Of a DNA stretch of 64,000 nucleotides, positions 45,711-56,271 are shown in pieces. The notes beneath the pieces were generated by a model. That model had not been told where the DNA came from. It searched no databases and saw nothing but the letters and a program-made list of their open reading frames with translations. Both the position numbers and the translations under genes were made by a program. Location: positions 53,018-117,017 of the forward strand of contig CAZHYJ010000001.1 in assembly GCA_964536725.1 (NCBI GenBank). Reading direction: 5' to 3'. The DNA is from an uncultured Gammaproteobacteria bacterium. GTDB lineage: Bacteria > Patescibacteriota > Patescibacteriia > Magasanikbacterales > GWA2-37-8. The stretch's first letter is position 1, and each line of letters opens with the position of its first letter.

Positions 45711-46048
45711 TGTGAGAAAGGGGAGGAGTTATAGGCAAATTTTTGTTTTCTTGACTTATCCACCGCTAAAATTTGACTTTTCTTGGCAAATAATATAAAA
45801 TCTATGTGCTTCTTGATTTAGGAGAAAAAATAGCTGTTTTTCTGCTTAATCAAGCGAAAAATGCGGCTTCAACCTATTCCAACGGTTGGGCTGCGTGCAA
45901 GGACATTAAGACAAAAATCATGTTAACCTTGCGTGTTTTGGCTAAATTATAAGGAAATTTTATCTAAAAGCCTCTTTTTTTGGCCGTTTTTTTGCGTTAT
46001 TACCTCTTTTTTTAAAAATAAATAAAAAATTAAATAATTTAATTTTCT

Positions 46049-49000
46049 ATGTCTCTCTTTAAACGCCTCCCGCTCAAGACTTTGGAAAGAAAATTCTTTA
46101 CCACCGCCCTTGATGCCATGCCTTTGCCCGACTTGATCGAGGTTCAAAAGGATTCGTATAATTGGTTTTTAAAATTTGGTATCAAAGAATTGTTTGAGGA
46201 GATTTCTCCGATCACAGACTTTTCTGGTCGGGATTTGGAATTATATTTGGAGGACTATTATCTAGACGAACCACGTTTTGATGAAGTGGTTTGTCGTCAG
46301 CGCAATGTTACCTTCGAAGCGCCACTGCGCATTACTGCGCGCATGGTGAACAAGCGTACCAACCAAACAAAATCACAAGAGATTTATTTGGGTGATGTGC
46401 CAGTAATGACTGATCGTGGTACTTTTATTGTGAATGGTATTGAACGTGTAGTTGTTTCTCAGTTGATCCGTTCCGCTGGTGTGTTCTTCACTGCTGAAAA
46501 TGTTCGTGGTCGCAAATATTATGGTGCCAAAATTATTCCGAATCGTGGCGCTTGGATTGAAGTAGAAACTGATGCTAACAATGCTCTTTGGATCAAAGTT
46601 GATCGCAAACGTAAGGTGGCTGCTACATCGTTGCTTCGTGCTTTTGGTTATGAGGATGATGAAAAAATGAAAGAACTTTTTAAAGATGTAAACAATCATC
46701 CGAACATTGATTTCTTGGATGCCACTATCAAAAAAGATTTAGCAAAAAATCAGAGCGAAGGTTTTATCGAAGTATATAAAAGAATTCGTCCAGGTGATTT
46801 GGCCACGGCCGACAATGCTAAGAGTCTGATCGAGGCGATGTTTTTCAATTTTGAAAGATATGATTTGGGCCGCGTGGGTGTTTACAAATTTAATAGTAAA
46901 TTTGATATCGCTTGTGATCCGTCCGCTTACGATCAAAAAGAAAATCGTGTTTTATCCGCGGATAAATTATTAGCAGTTTTGAAAGAAGTAATTCGTTTGA
47001 ATGTTACCCAAGAAGAGCCTGATGATGTTGATCATTTGGGCAATCGTCGTGTCCGTGCAGTGGGTGAATTAGTACAGAATCGTTTCCGCGTTGGTTTAGC
47101 GCGTATGGAGCGTGTCGCTAAAGATCGCATGAGTACCTACGACATGGAACAGGTGACACCAAATCGTTTGATCAACTCTCGTCCCGTGACCAGTGCCATC
47201 CGTGAATTCTTTATGAGTTCTCAGATGTCCCAGTTCATGGATCAGCATAATCCACTGTCTGAGTTGGAACACAAACGTCGTTTGTCCGCTATGGGTCCAG
47301 GTGGTTTGTCACGTGATCGTGCCAGTTTTGAAGTTCGCGATGTGCATACCACTCACTATGGCCGCATCTGTCCAGTAGCTACTCCAGAAGGACCGAACAT
47401 TGGTTTGGTCAACCACTTATCCAGTTTTGCTCGGATCAATGAATTTGGTTTTATCGAAACCCCTTATCGTAAAATTTTACGTGAGGTGGAAAACAAACCA
47501 GAATTATTGGAAGGCGAAATTTTGCGCGGTGAAATTGAAGGGGTAAAAGATGGCACCAAAATTACTCGTGAAGTAGCGGCTAAATTAGCCAAAGCAAAAT
47601 TAAAAAAGATTCCAGTACGTTCACGCGTGACTAATGAAATTGTTTATTTATCTGCATTTAAAGAAGAAAAAGTTTTGACCGCTTCCGCCAAAACGCGCAC
47701 TGATGAAAATGGATATTTCATGGATGAAATGACCCCAGCGCGTGTACACGGTAACGCTGGTACCGCTCCAACTGCCGATTTAGATTATTTGGATGTTTCT
47801 TCCAGTCAAATTGTCAGTGTGGCAACCGCTTGTATTCCTTTCATGGAACACGACGATGGTCAGCGTGCTTTGATGGGTACAAACATGCAACGTCAGGCTG
47901 TGCCTTGTATTCGTCCTGAACCACCACTAGTTGGTACGGGTGTAGAAAAAGCGGCCGCTAATTATTCCGGCCACATGGTTATCGCCGAAGAAGATGGCGA
48001 GATTGTAGAAGCTGATGGTGGTCACGTCGTTTTGAAAGGTAAAAAAGGTGATTTGCATACTTATCATTTAAATAAATTTGTTCGTTCGAATGCTGCTACT
48101 TGTATCAATCAGCATTTGCAAACCAAAGTAGGCGACAAAGTTAAAAAAGGACAATACCTCTCTGATGGTCCAAGTATTCATGATGGTGAATTGGCATTGG
48201 GTCAGAATGTATTAGTGGCTTACATGGTGTGGGATGGTTTCAACTACGAAGATGCGGTAATTTTTTCTGAGAACTTGGTGCAGAGTGATCGCTATACCTC
48301 TATCCATATTGAGGACTATACAATTGATGTACGCGAGACCAAGCTTGGCCCAGAGTTAGTTACATCTGACATCCCGAATGTTAGTGAAGAAAAATTAAAG
48401 AATTTGGATTCTGAAGGTATCGTTCGTATCGGCGCTGAGGTAAAATCCGGTGATATTTTGGTGGGTAAAATTACCCCAAAGGGTGAAACTGAATTGTCTG
48501 CTGAGGAAAGATTGTTGCGTGCTATCTTTGGTGAGAAGGCGCGCGATGTTCGTGACTCTTCATTATATCTTGAACATGGTGAACACGGAAAAGTTATTGG
48601 TGTACAGGTATTTTCCGAAGCTGCTGGCGACAAATTGGAACCAGGGGTAATCAAACAAGTGCAGATCAAAGTGGCCGACATGCGCAAGATTCAGGTAGGT
48701 GACAAAATGGCCGGTCGTCATGGTAACAAAGGTGTGATCTCACGCGTGGTGCCAATGGCCGATATGCCTTTCCTTGAAGACGGTACGCCAATTGACATCA
48801 TTCTTTCACCGCTTGGTGTTATCTCACGTATGAACTTGGGTCAGATTTTGGAAACCCACTTAGGTTTGGCAGCGAATGCCTTGGGTTACAAGATTGCCAC
48901 TCCAGTTTTAAATGGTTTAACTGAAGATCAAATTCGTGATGAATTAATTAAAGCCGGTTTGCCAGTAGATGGCCAAGTACGTTTGTTTGATGGTCGCACC

Positions 49001-49480
49001 GGTGAACCGTTTGATCACAAAATTACTGTTGGTTACAACTACATGTTGAAGTTGAACCATATGGTTGAAGACAAGATCCACCAGCGCTCAATCGGTCCAT
49101 ACTCTTTGATCACTCAACAGCCATTGGGTGGTAAAGCGCAGTTCGGTGGCCAGCGTTTTGGTGAGATGGAAGTTTGGGCGCTCGAAGCATACGGCGCTGC
49201 TCATACTTTGCAAGAAATTTTAACAATCAAATCCGATGATGTACCTGGTCGCTCTAAGGCGTATGAGGCCATCGTTAAAGGTGAGCAAATTAGCCGCGTC
49301 AACATTCCTGAGTCTTTCAATGTGTTGGTACGCGAACTTAAAGGTCTAGGCTTGGAAGTAGAGTTGTTGAAACGGTCTGAATCGGGTGAATACACAGTGG
49401 CAAAAGAAGTGATTGAAAACGAAAACGAGAACAAGGGTGATATGCAAAGCGGTGGTCCAGTTCCACCACCGGTAGCTTAA
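46049..49480 (+). CDS. rpoB: DNA-directed RNA polymerase subunit beta
   Basis: Full-length RpoB with all conserved blocks (for example ..GDKMAGRHGNKGV..). Confidence 0.95.
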   Translation: MSLFKRLPLKTLERKFFTTALDAMPLPDLIEVQKDSYNWFLKFGIKELFEEISPITDFSGRDLELYLEDYYLDEPRFDEVVCRQRNVTFEAPLRITARMVNKRTNQTKSQEIYLGDVPVMTDRGTFIVNGIERVVVSQLIRSAGVFFTAENVRGRKYYGAKIIPNRGAWIEVETDANNALWIKVDRKRKVAATSLLRAFGYEDDEKMKELFKDVNNHPNIDFLDATIKKDLAKNQSEGFIEVYKRIRPGDLATADNAKSLIEAMFFNFERYDLGRVGVYKFNSKFDIACDPSAYDQKENRVLSADKLLAVLKEVIRLNVTQEEPDDVDHLGNRRVRAVGELVQNRFRVGLARMERVAKDRMSTYDMEQVTPNRLINSRPVTSAIREFFMSSQMSQFMDQHNPLSELEHKRRLSAMGPGGLSRDRASFEVRDVHTTHYGRICPVATPEGPNIGLVNHLSSFARINEFGFIETPYRKILREVENKPELLEGEILRGEIEGVKDGTKITREVAAKLAKAKLKKIPVRSRVTNEIVYLSAFKEEKVLTASAKTRTDENGYFMDEMTPARVHGNAGTAPTADLDYLDVSSSQIVSVATACIPFMEHDDGQRALMGTNMQRQAVPCIRPEPPLVGTGVEKAAANYSGHMVIAEEDGEIVEADGGHVVLKGKKGDLHTYHLNKFVRSNAATCINQHLQTKVGDKVKKGQYLSDGPSIHDGELALGQNVLVAYMVWDGFNYEDAVIFSENLVQSDRYTSIHIEDYTIDVRETKLGPELVTSDIPNVSEEKLKNLDSEGIVRIGAEVKSGDILVGKITPKGETELSAEERLLRAIFGEKARDVRDSSLYLEHGEHGKVIGVQVFSEAAGDKLEPGVIKQVQIKVADMRKIQVGDKMAGRHGNKGVISRVVPMADMPFLEDGTPIDIILSPLGVISRMNLGQILETHLGLAANALGYKIATPVLNGLTEDQIRDELIKAGLPVDGQVRLFDGRTGEPFDHKITVGYNYMLKLNHMVEDKIHQRSIGPYSLITQQPLGGKAQFGGQRFGEMEVWALEAYGAAHTLQEILTIKSDDVPGRSKAYEAIVKGEQISRVNIPESFNVLVRELKGLGLEVELLKRSESGEYTVAKEVIENENENKGDMQSGGPVPPPVA

Positions 49481-49504
49481 ATCATCTAATAACCTCTTAA
49501 TAAT

Positions 49505-52500
49505 ATGAAAGACCTTATTCGCACTATAGACTTTGATGCCATTCGCTTGCGCTTGGCTTCTCCTGAAACAATTCGGGAATGGTCTTATGGTGAAGTAAAC
49601 AAACCAGAGACTATTAACTACCGTACGCAAAAACCAGAAAAAGGCGGTTTGTTTGCGGAAGAAATTTTTGGCCCAACCAAAGATTGGGAATGTTATTGTG
49701 GAAAATATAAAAAGATCCGTTACAAGGGAATCGTGTGTGATAAGTGTGGTGTAGAAGTAACTACTTCACTCGTGCGTCGTGAACGCATGGGTCACATCGA
49801 ACTCTCAGCACCGGTGTCACATATTTGGTTCTTACGCTCAGTGCCTTCCAAGGTTGGTTTGGTTTTGGATTTGTCGGTACAGGCCTTGGAAAAGGTTATT
49901 TACTTTGCCGCTTTCATCATCATGCACGTGGACGATAATGCTAAGAAACAGACAGTGGATTTGTTGCGTCAAGAGTACAAGACAAAAAAGAAACAGATCG
50001 AGCGTGAGCACGAGACCGCTATTAAAAATGCTAACGACCAAAAATTAGGTAAGGAAGCTTTGAGTGCGGTGCAGGAAGAAACTGAACGCAAGAACAAATC
50101 TTTGGATGAGGACTTCCAACAAGCCGATAAAGATTTGAAAGAGATTCAGATGATGAAAGTGATTTCGGAAAATAAATACCAAGATCTTTCTTTGCGCTTC
50201 GGTCATTTATTTGAAGCCGCAATTGGTGCGGAAGGTGTCTATCGTTTGCTCGAAAGAATTAATTTGGAAGAAACAATTAAACAAATTACCGCAGAACAGG
50301 AAAAATCCAAGGGTGCTAAACTAGAACGTCTAGTTCGTCGCAAGAAATTGTTGCGTAGTTTGGCTATCAATGGTATTCGTCCTGAGTGGATGATTATGCG
50401 TTGTATCCCAGTGATTCCACCAGATTTGCGCCCGATGGTTGCATTGGACGGTGGTCGTTTTGCCACTTCCGATTTGAATGATTTATATCGTCGTGTTATT
50501 AACCGCAACAATCGTTTGCGTCGGTTGCTTGAGCTTGATGCTCCAGAAGTTATCTGCCGCAACGAAAAGCGTATGTTGCAGGAAGCCGTTGATGCTTTGA
50601 TTGATAACAATGCGCGTCACTCCAAAACTGTTATTGCTGCTACCGGTCAGAAACGTCAGTTGCGTTCTCTTGCTGATATTTTAAAAGGTAAACAAGGCCG
50701 TTTCCGTCAGAACTTGCTTGGTAAGCGTGTGGACTATTCTGGTCGTTCGGTAATTGTGGTTGGTCCAACTTTAAATATTGATGAATGTGGTTTACCAAAA
50801 CGCATGGCTTTGGAATTGTTCAAACCGTTTATCATCGGTGAAATTATCAAACGTGAATTGGCACACAATGTTCGTTCTGCTTCGCGTTTTATCGAAGGCG
50901 AGCATGATGAAGTGTGGGATATTTTGGAAGAATTAACCAAAACCACGCGCGTGTTTTTAAACCGTGCTCCGACTTTGCATCGTCTTGGTATTCAAGCTTT
51001 TCACCCTCGTTTGGTGGAAGGTAAAGCTATTCATTTACATCCATTGGTTTGTACCGCTTTCAACGCGGACTTCGATGGCGATCAGATGGCTGTGCACTTA
51101 CCTTTGACTGTGGAAGCGCGCTGGGAAGCAGACAATTTAATGGCGGCAGAGAAAAATCTTTTGAAACCAGCTACAGGTCAGCCGGTAATTACTCCTAAAC
51201 AAGATATCGCTCTTGGTTGTTATTACCTCACTCGCATCGATAGTACCGACACTGCGGAAGTGAAAAAGTTTTTCTATTCCGAACGTGACGCCAAGTTGGC
51301 TTACAAAGTTCGCCGCGTGTCTTTACATGAACGTATCAAGGTGAAAATGGTGGAAACGATCAACAAGTTCCCTGAAGGGGAAAAATTATTGATCGAAACT
51401 ACAATCGGCCGCATCTTGTTCAATGAAATTTTGCCGGAAAAATTAAAATATTACAATGAGATTATCAACACCAAAAAGTTGGCTGAGATTATCCGTTATT
51501 GTTTGGAGTTCTACGACCAACAAGAGACCGCTTACTTCTTGGATGAATTGAAAAATCTTGGTTTCCGCTATGTTACCAAATCTGGTTACTCCTTGGGTTA
51601 TGCCGATTTCCCTTCAGTAAAAGAAAAGCCAGCGATTTTGGAAGGCGCGGATAAACAAGTGCGTGATTTGGAAGAGCAGTATCAAGAAGGTTTGTTAACA
51701 CAAGCCGAACGTTACGCTAAGATTTTGGAAATCTGGACAACTGCTAAAGAGAAAATTTTGGCACACAATCAAGAGATCTTGGACAAAAATGGTCCAGTAT
51801 TCGCCATGATCGATTCCGGTGCGCGTGGTACTTGGGGCCAGTTGGGTCAGGTGATCGGTATGAAAGGTATGGTGGTGTCACCTTCCGGTGATGTTATCGA
51901 GTTGCCAGTAAAGGGTAACTACAAAGACGGCTTTGATGTGTTGGAATACTTCATTTCTTCCCACGGTACCAGAAAAGGTTTGTCTGATACGGCCTTGCGT
52001 ACTGCCAACGCTGGTTACTTAACTCGTCGTTTGGTGGATGTGTCACAAGACGTGGTGGTGTTGGAAGAAGATTGTGGCGATACTACTGGTGAGGTGTTCA
52101 CCACGGAACAATCCAAACAGATGGGTGAAAAATTGTCCGATCGTGTTTGGGGTCGCTATGCTATGGCGGATGTGGTGGCTAATGGTAATGTCCTGGTCAA
52201 AGCCGGTGAGGTTATCGATGACAAGATTGCGCGTTTGATTGATGAGAACAATCTTGAATCTGTTCATGTACACAGTGTTTTACAATGTAAGTTGCCTAAG
52301 GGTGTTTGTCGCAAATGTTACGGCAACGACTTGGCACACAACCGTCCCGTAGAATTTGGTACGGCCGTTGGTACCATCGCCGCACAATCAATCGGTGAAC
52401 CAGGTACTCAGTTGACCTTGCGTACCTTCCACGCCGGTGGTGTGGCTGGTGGTGGTGATATTACCCAAGGTTTGCCACGCGTAGAAGAATTGTTTGAAAA

Positions 52501-53380
52501 TCGCATGCCAAAGCACAAGGCTATTTTATCTGAAGTAGCGGGCAAAGTAGAAGTGGAAGATGCCGACGGTAAGATTGTTACTTCGCCGACTGGTAAAAAG
52601 ATTTTTGAAGGCCGTCGTGGTCAGAAAATCTTGCGTGTGCACTTTGAAGGTATGGATGAGACCAAGATCAAAGTAACTGCTGAAGATGAAGTGATGGTCA
52701 AAGAAGGTACTACTGTTCAGAAAGATCAGGTGGTAGTAGTACGCGGTGCAACCGGTGAAGAAATTACTGCAAAATATTTGAGTGAGGTAAAGATTGTGAA
52801 GAACAATATCACCTTGTCTTACGTTGGTCCAAAGATTCGCGAATATATCGTACCGGCGGGGTATAAGATATTGGTTAGTGATGGTGATGTAATGGTAAAG
52901 GGACAACGCATGACCAATGGTAGTATTAGTTTGCAAGAATTGTTTGAACTTTCTGGTCGTCCAGCAGTACAACGCTATGTCTTGGAAGAAATTCAGAACA
53001 TCTACTCTTCTCAAGGTCAGAAAGTTAACGACAAACACGTCGAGCTTTTGATCAAACAAATGTTCTCACGTGTGTACGTAGAAGATGCGGGCGAAACTGA
53101 TTTGTTACCAGGTGAGGTAGTAGAAAAATCACAGTTGGAATTTGCCAATCGGTTGGCAAAGAAGAACGGTAGCAACTTGGCTACCGCACGCGAATTGCTT
53201 TTGGGCATCTCTCGTGTGGCGCTCTCTACTCAGAGCTTCTTGTCTTCTGCTTCGTTCCAAGAAACTGCCAAGGTTTTGATCAACAGCGCCATCACTGGTA
53301 AAGTTGACTACTTGGAAGGTTTGAAAGAGAATGTGATTATCGGTCGTTTGATCCCAGCGGGTACTGGGTTTAAACAATAG
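49505..53380 (+). CDS. rpoC: DNA-directed RNA polymerase subunit beta'
   Basis: ..NADFDGDQMAVH.. catalytic motif; zinc-binding Cys; full length. Confidence 0.95.
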   Translation: MKDLIRTIDFDAIRLRLASPETIREWSYGEVNKPETINYRTQKPEKGGLFAEEIFGPTKDWECYCGKYKKIRYKGIVCDKCGVEVTTSLVRRERMGHIELSAPVSHIWFLRSVPSKVGLVLDLSVQALEKVIYFAAFIIMHVDDNAKKQTVDLLRQEYKTKKKQIEREHETAIKNANDQKLGKEALSAVQEETERKNKSLDEDFQQADKDLKEIQMMKVISENKYQDLSLRFGHLFEAAIGAEGVYRLLERINLEETIKQITAEQEKSKGAKLERLVRRKKLLRSLAINGIRPEWMIMRCIPVIPPDLRPMVALDGGRFATSDLNDLYRRVINRNNRLRRLLELDAPEVICRNEKRMLQEAVDALIDNNARHSKTVIAATGQKRQLRSLADILKGKQGRFRQNLLGKRVDYSGRSVIVVGPTLNIDECGLPKRMALELFKPFIIGEIIKRELAHNVRSASRFIEGEHDEVWDILEELTKTTRVFLNRAPTLHRLGIQAFHPRLVEGKAIHLHPLVCTAFNADFDGDQMAVHLPLTVEARWEADNLMAAEKNLLKPATGQPVITPKQDIALGCYYLTRIDSTDTAEVKKFFYSERDAKLAYKVRRVSLHERIKVKMVETINKFPEGEKLLIETTIGRILFNEILPEKLKYYNEIINTKKLAEIIRYCLEFYDQQETAYFLDELKNLGFRYVTKSGYSLGYADFPSVKEKPAILEGADKQVRDLEEQYQEGLLTQAERYAKILEIWTTAKEKILAHNQEILDKNGPVFAMIDSGARGTWGQLGQVIGMKGMVVSPSGDVIELPVKGNYKDGFDVLEYFISSHGTRKGLSDTALRTANAGYLTRRLVDVSQDVVVLEEDCGDTTGEVFTTEQSKQMGEKLSDRVWGRYAMADVVANGNVLVKAGEVIDDKIARLIDENNLESVHVHSVLQCKLPKGVCRKCYGNDLAHNRPVEFGTAVGTIAAQSIGEPGTQLTLRTFHAGGVAGGGDITQGLPRVEELFENRMPKHKAILSEVAGKVEVEDADGKIVTSPTGKKIFEGRRGQKILRVHFEGMDETKIKVTAEDEVMVKEGTTVQKDQVVVVRGATGEEITAKYLSEVKIVKNNITLSYVGPKIREYIVPAGYKILVSDGDVMVKGQRMTNGSISLQELFELSGRPAVQRYVLEEIQNIYSSQGQKVNDKHVELLIKQMFSRVYVEDAGETDLLPGEVVEKSQLEFANRLAKKNGSNLATARELLLGISRVALSTQSFLSSASFQETAKVLINSAITGKVDYLEGLKENVIIGRLIPAGTGFKQ

Positions 53381-53403
53381 GGAACATACAAAACAGTGAA
53401 AGG

Positions 53404-53429
53404 CCTCGACGTAAGTCGGGGTCTTTTTT
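53404..53429 (+). terminator. Terminator after rpoC (CCTCGAC-GTAA-GTCGGGG with a T-run)
   Basis: Seen directly; one G-U pair. Confidence 0.55.
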
Positions 53430-53521
53430 AATCTTGATATTTTTTTGATTTTGTGATAAAACGTGAATAGTTAATTGGACTTCAGTTGGTTATCTAAACC
53501 ATTGGAAGTTGGGAGGAAGGT

Positions 53522-54232
53522 GTGAAGGTACGAAACTTGGTATCAAAGGTTACTGAATGGGGAACATGGAGTGGACTGCGTGAATGGACGCGCGGTATCC
53601 TGCACTTCTATGTGGGATTGGCTGCGTGGGCCGTTCTGCACCCACTTTACCGAGACGACGAGACGGTGACGTGGTCGCTTATCGTCGTTGGCGGCGCATT
53701 CTCGCTCGCGGAAGGAGCGAGGATTGCTGTGTCGAAAAGTCGGGGGACGGTGTGGTTCACTCGTTTTCTCAAATGGCTCAATCACGGATTTGCCGAAAGG
53801 CTGTTCGTGCGTGAGTCAGAGAAGTTCGGGTTCACCACCACTTTCCAGACCATTCTGGGCTGCACACTGGCGTGGATGTTGTGTCCGCGCTGGATCTGTG
53901 CCCTGAGCGGTCTGCTGCTCGGACTCTGCGATCCGCTCGCGAAGTTCGGCAAACACTGCCAGATCTATCAGTTTCCAAACAGAAAGTCGCTCGGTGGAGC
54001 ACTGTTTGGATTGGCTGGTGGTGCAGCTGGCTGTGCTCTGATTGTGGTGGTTCAGAGTTTCATCCCGCTATTTCCCGCCCATTTGGGTGCTGGACACATC
54101 GCTGCGGTATATGCCGTGGGGTTGGTGTTTGCACCCGTGCTCGAGCTGATCGGTGGCAAATGGGACAACTTCCTGATTGTCAGCGGATCAGCGTTCCTCA
54201 TGACCCTCGCCTCGTTGTACATTCCCATCTAG
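53522..54232 (+). CDS. Integral membrane protein on a GC-enriched segment; possible CTP-transferase-1 family member (CdsA / dolichol-kinase-like)
   Basis: GTG start after a GGGAGGAAGG SD. Multi-TM. ..CDPLAKFGKHCQIYQFPNRKSLGGALFGLAGG.. resembles the DxxAxxxGK..K(T/S)xEG signature. Visibly higher G+C than its flanks. Confidence 0.4.
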   Translation: MKVRNLVSKVTEWGTWSGLREWTRGILHFYVGLAAWAVLHPLYRDDETVTWSLIVVGGAFSLAEGARIAVSKSRGTVWFTRFLKWLNHGFAERLFVRESEKFGFTTTFQTILGCTLAWMLCPRWICALSGLLLGLCDPLAKFGKHCQIYQFPNRKSLGGALFGLAGGAAGCALIVVVQSFIPLFPAHLGAGHIAAVYAVGLVFAPVLELIGGKWDNFLIVSGSAFLMTLASLYIPI

Positions 54233-54310
54233 ATACGCCGTGGTTTCGACCGCGGCGTTCCTGTTTTTAAGCTTGTTTTTTATCTTTTTTTAGGGTAAGA
54301 TTAGGGTTGT

Positions 54311-56152
54311 ATGCGTATTAAACAAACTATCTTTTTGGTATTAAGCGGATGCTTGGCTCTAGGGGCCGGATTGCTTGGTTTTTGGTTTGGTCCGGAGGTT
54401 GGGAAATATACCCAAAATTTGCCGGAGCCAGCTTTAGCGGAAACGACTGGCCCAAACTCCGCCAACGTAATTTCCACCGTCTTTGCTTCGGAAGAAATGT
54501 ACAAAGACTTTTTTGCTTACCCGCGCTCGATTGTTGCTCCAACAAATACAGTAATGTCATTGGTTCTGCCCCATCATTTGGTGGCTGGTAGTTATGTTGC
54601 CGGTGTTTTTGAAGGGGTAAAAAATTCTCGTCCACCGGTGGTAGTGGTGATTGGTCCAAACCATCAACAAGCCGGTGGTAGTTTTGTTTTATCTACCAAA
54701 TTAGGGTGGCAGACAATGGGCGGTGTGCTTTCATCCAATTCTCAAGTTATCGACTCATTAGTGGCGAGTAATTTAGTTGGTATTGATGATGCGGTTTTAA
54801 CCAACGAACACAGCGTGGGTGCTTTGGCGCCGTTTATCAAAAACACCTGGCCTAGTACAAAAATCGTACCGCTGGTAATTAAAAATATTAAAAATGATGA
54901 ATTAGCGGATGGACTAGCTTCAAAGTTGTATGAAGTTTTACCGGTTGGCAGTTTGGTAATTGCCAGTGTAGATTTTTCCCACTATCTACCCAAAACAGTC
55001 GCGAATTTTCATGATGATTTGTCGATCAATGTTTTGAGTACTGGTGATATGGGGCGAATTAAAAAAATGGAGATTGATAGTCAAAACAGTATTCGTGCTT
55101 TGTTAAAATACAACAGTATTGTCGGGGCACAAAGATTTACTTTGGCATATCACACCAACAGCGCGGATATTATGAATAGTGACCTGGCCGAAACCACCTC
55201 GCATGTGTTGGGATATTTTACTCGTGAGACTCGTGCGGAACAGCCAATGATTTCTTTGCAGTTGTTTGGTGATATGATGATAGAGCGAAGTGTGGAAAGG
55301 AATTTTGGTAAGAGTGGTTTGGATTATGTTTTTAAAAATTTAAAGGGTCAAGAAAACAGATTCTTTTATGGCGTGGATTTGTTGTTGGCCAACTTAGAAG
55401 GTCCATTTGCCCCCGCGCGTGTTCCGACCACCAAGTCAATCGCTTTTCGTTTTAATCCGGATTTAGCACCACAGTTAAAGCGTTACGGTTTTACCGGTTT
55501 TTCTTTGTCCAACAACCATGGGTTAGATATGGGTTTCAAAAATTACGATTTTACGAAGAAAATTTTAACCGATAATGGTTTGACATATTTTGGTCATCAG
55601 ACTAAAGAGGGAGCGGAATACACTTGGGTTGCCGGTGAAAAAGAAGGGTTACCAGAAAAGGTGGCGTTTATTGGTATCAACAATACTGACCATCCGCTAA
55701 ATATGGCCAAGGTAAAAAGTGCAATTGATGCGGCCAAAAAAGAAGCGCGGTATGTTATCGTCTACGCGCATTGGGGCAATGAATATCAGCGCATTTCTCA
55801 CCAGACCCAAAGAGATCTAGGTCATTGGTTGATTGATAACGGGGTGACGGCAGTGGTTGGTATGCATCCGCATGTTATTCAAGAGATGGAAATTTACAAA
55901 GGCCAGCCAATTTTTTACTCTTTAGGCAACTTTGTTTTTGATCAATATTTTTCCAAAGATACTCAAGAAGGCGTGAGCGTTGGGTTGAATTTGCAAGACG
56001 GGCAGGTGAAGGATGTATATGTTTTTCCTTTTTACGGCGTTAAGTCACAGGACAGTTTAATGAGTGGAAAACGTCAAACGGATTTCTTTACCTGGTGGAA
56101 TAAAAACAGCCGACTGGGTGAGAAGACTTTTGAAAATAATAAATTAAAATAA
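54311..56152 (+). CDS. Fusion protein: N-terminal TM, Memo-like (AmmeMemoRadiSam system protein B-like) domain, then CapA/PGA_cap metallophosphatase-like domain
   Basis: Memo-like region ..LVLPHHLVAGSYVAGVFEG..VVVIGPNHQ... CapA-like region ..SLSNNHGLDMGF.. and ..YAHWGNEYQRISHQTQRDLGHWLIDNGVTAVVGMHPHVIQ..SLGNFVFDQ... Confidence 0.55.
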   Translation: MRIKQTIFLVLSGCLALGAGLLGFWFGPEVGKYTQNLPEPALAETTGPNSANVISTVFASEEMYKDFFAYPRSIVAPTNTVMSLVLPHHLVAGSYVAGVFEGVKNSRPPVVVVIGPNHQQAGGSFVLSTKLGWQTMGGVLSSNSQVIDSLVASNLVGIDDAVLTNEHSVGALAPFIKNTWPSTKIVPLVIKNIKNDELADGLASKLYEVLPVGSLVIASVDFSHYLPKTVANFHDDLSINVLSTGDMGRIKKMEIDSQNSIRALLKYNSIVGAQRFTLAYHTNSADIMNSDLAETTSHVLGYFTRETRAEQPMISLQLFGDMMIERSVERNFGKSGLDYVFKNLKGQENRFFYGVDLLLANLEGPFAPARVPTTKSIAFRFNPDLAPQLKRYGFTGFSLSNNHGLDMGFKNYDFTKKILTDNGLTYFGHQTKEGAEYTWVAGEKEGLPEKVAFIGINNTDHPLNMAKVKSAIDAAKKEARYVIVYAHWGNEYQRISHQTQRDLGHWLIDNGVTAVVGMHPHVIQEMEIYKGQPIFYSLGNFVFDQYFSKDTQEGVSVGLNLQDGQVKDVYVFPFYGVKSQDSLMSGKRQTDFFTWWNKNSRLGEKTFENNKLK

Positions 56153-56157
56153 AGAAA

Positions 56158-56254
56158 TTATACGTTTGATATTTTTTGAGCGGGTTATGAGGCCAAGGCC
56201 TCATCCCTGAGGCTTCGCAGCCGAGGAAAGCGAAAAAATTATCAGACGTATAAT
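56158..56254. mobile_element. Second copy (inverted orientation) of the MITE-like palindromic element
   Basis: TIR of about 14 bp (ATTATACGTTTGATAT/TATCAGACGTATAAT). Internal hairpins are GGCT-GCGA-AGCC and ATGAGGCC-TT-GGCCTCAT, against GGCC-ACGA-GGCC and ATGAAGTC-TGTG-GACTTCAT in copy 1. Confidence 0.5.
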
Positions 56255-56271
56255 TTCTAAAACATTATTCT

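Noticed and set aside
45521-45763. 80-aa minus-strand ORF.
   Set aside because: It runs antisense through tRNA-Leu and its promoter. The peptide (..GRESNPQALR..) is the tRNA read backwards.
45773-45801. Possible promoter TTGACT-15/17-TATAAA about 250 nt upstream of rpoB.
   Set aside because: The spacer is ambiguous and it lies far from the start codon. I could not choose between alternative -10 positions, so it is not reported as a feature.
46373-53377. Numerous short ORFs on both strands within rpoB and rpoC.
   Set aside because: They are embedded in, or antisense to, highly conserved RNA polymerase coding sequence.
53543-54270. Overlapping ORFs (53543-53785 -, 53584-53814 +, 53688-53906 +, 53872-54270 +) in the GC-enriched segment after rpoC.
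   Set aside because: They are typical extra frames in GC-rich DNA. Only the frame with a strong SD-GTG start and a multi-TM product is kept.
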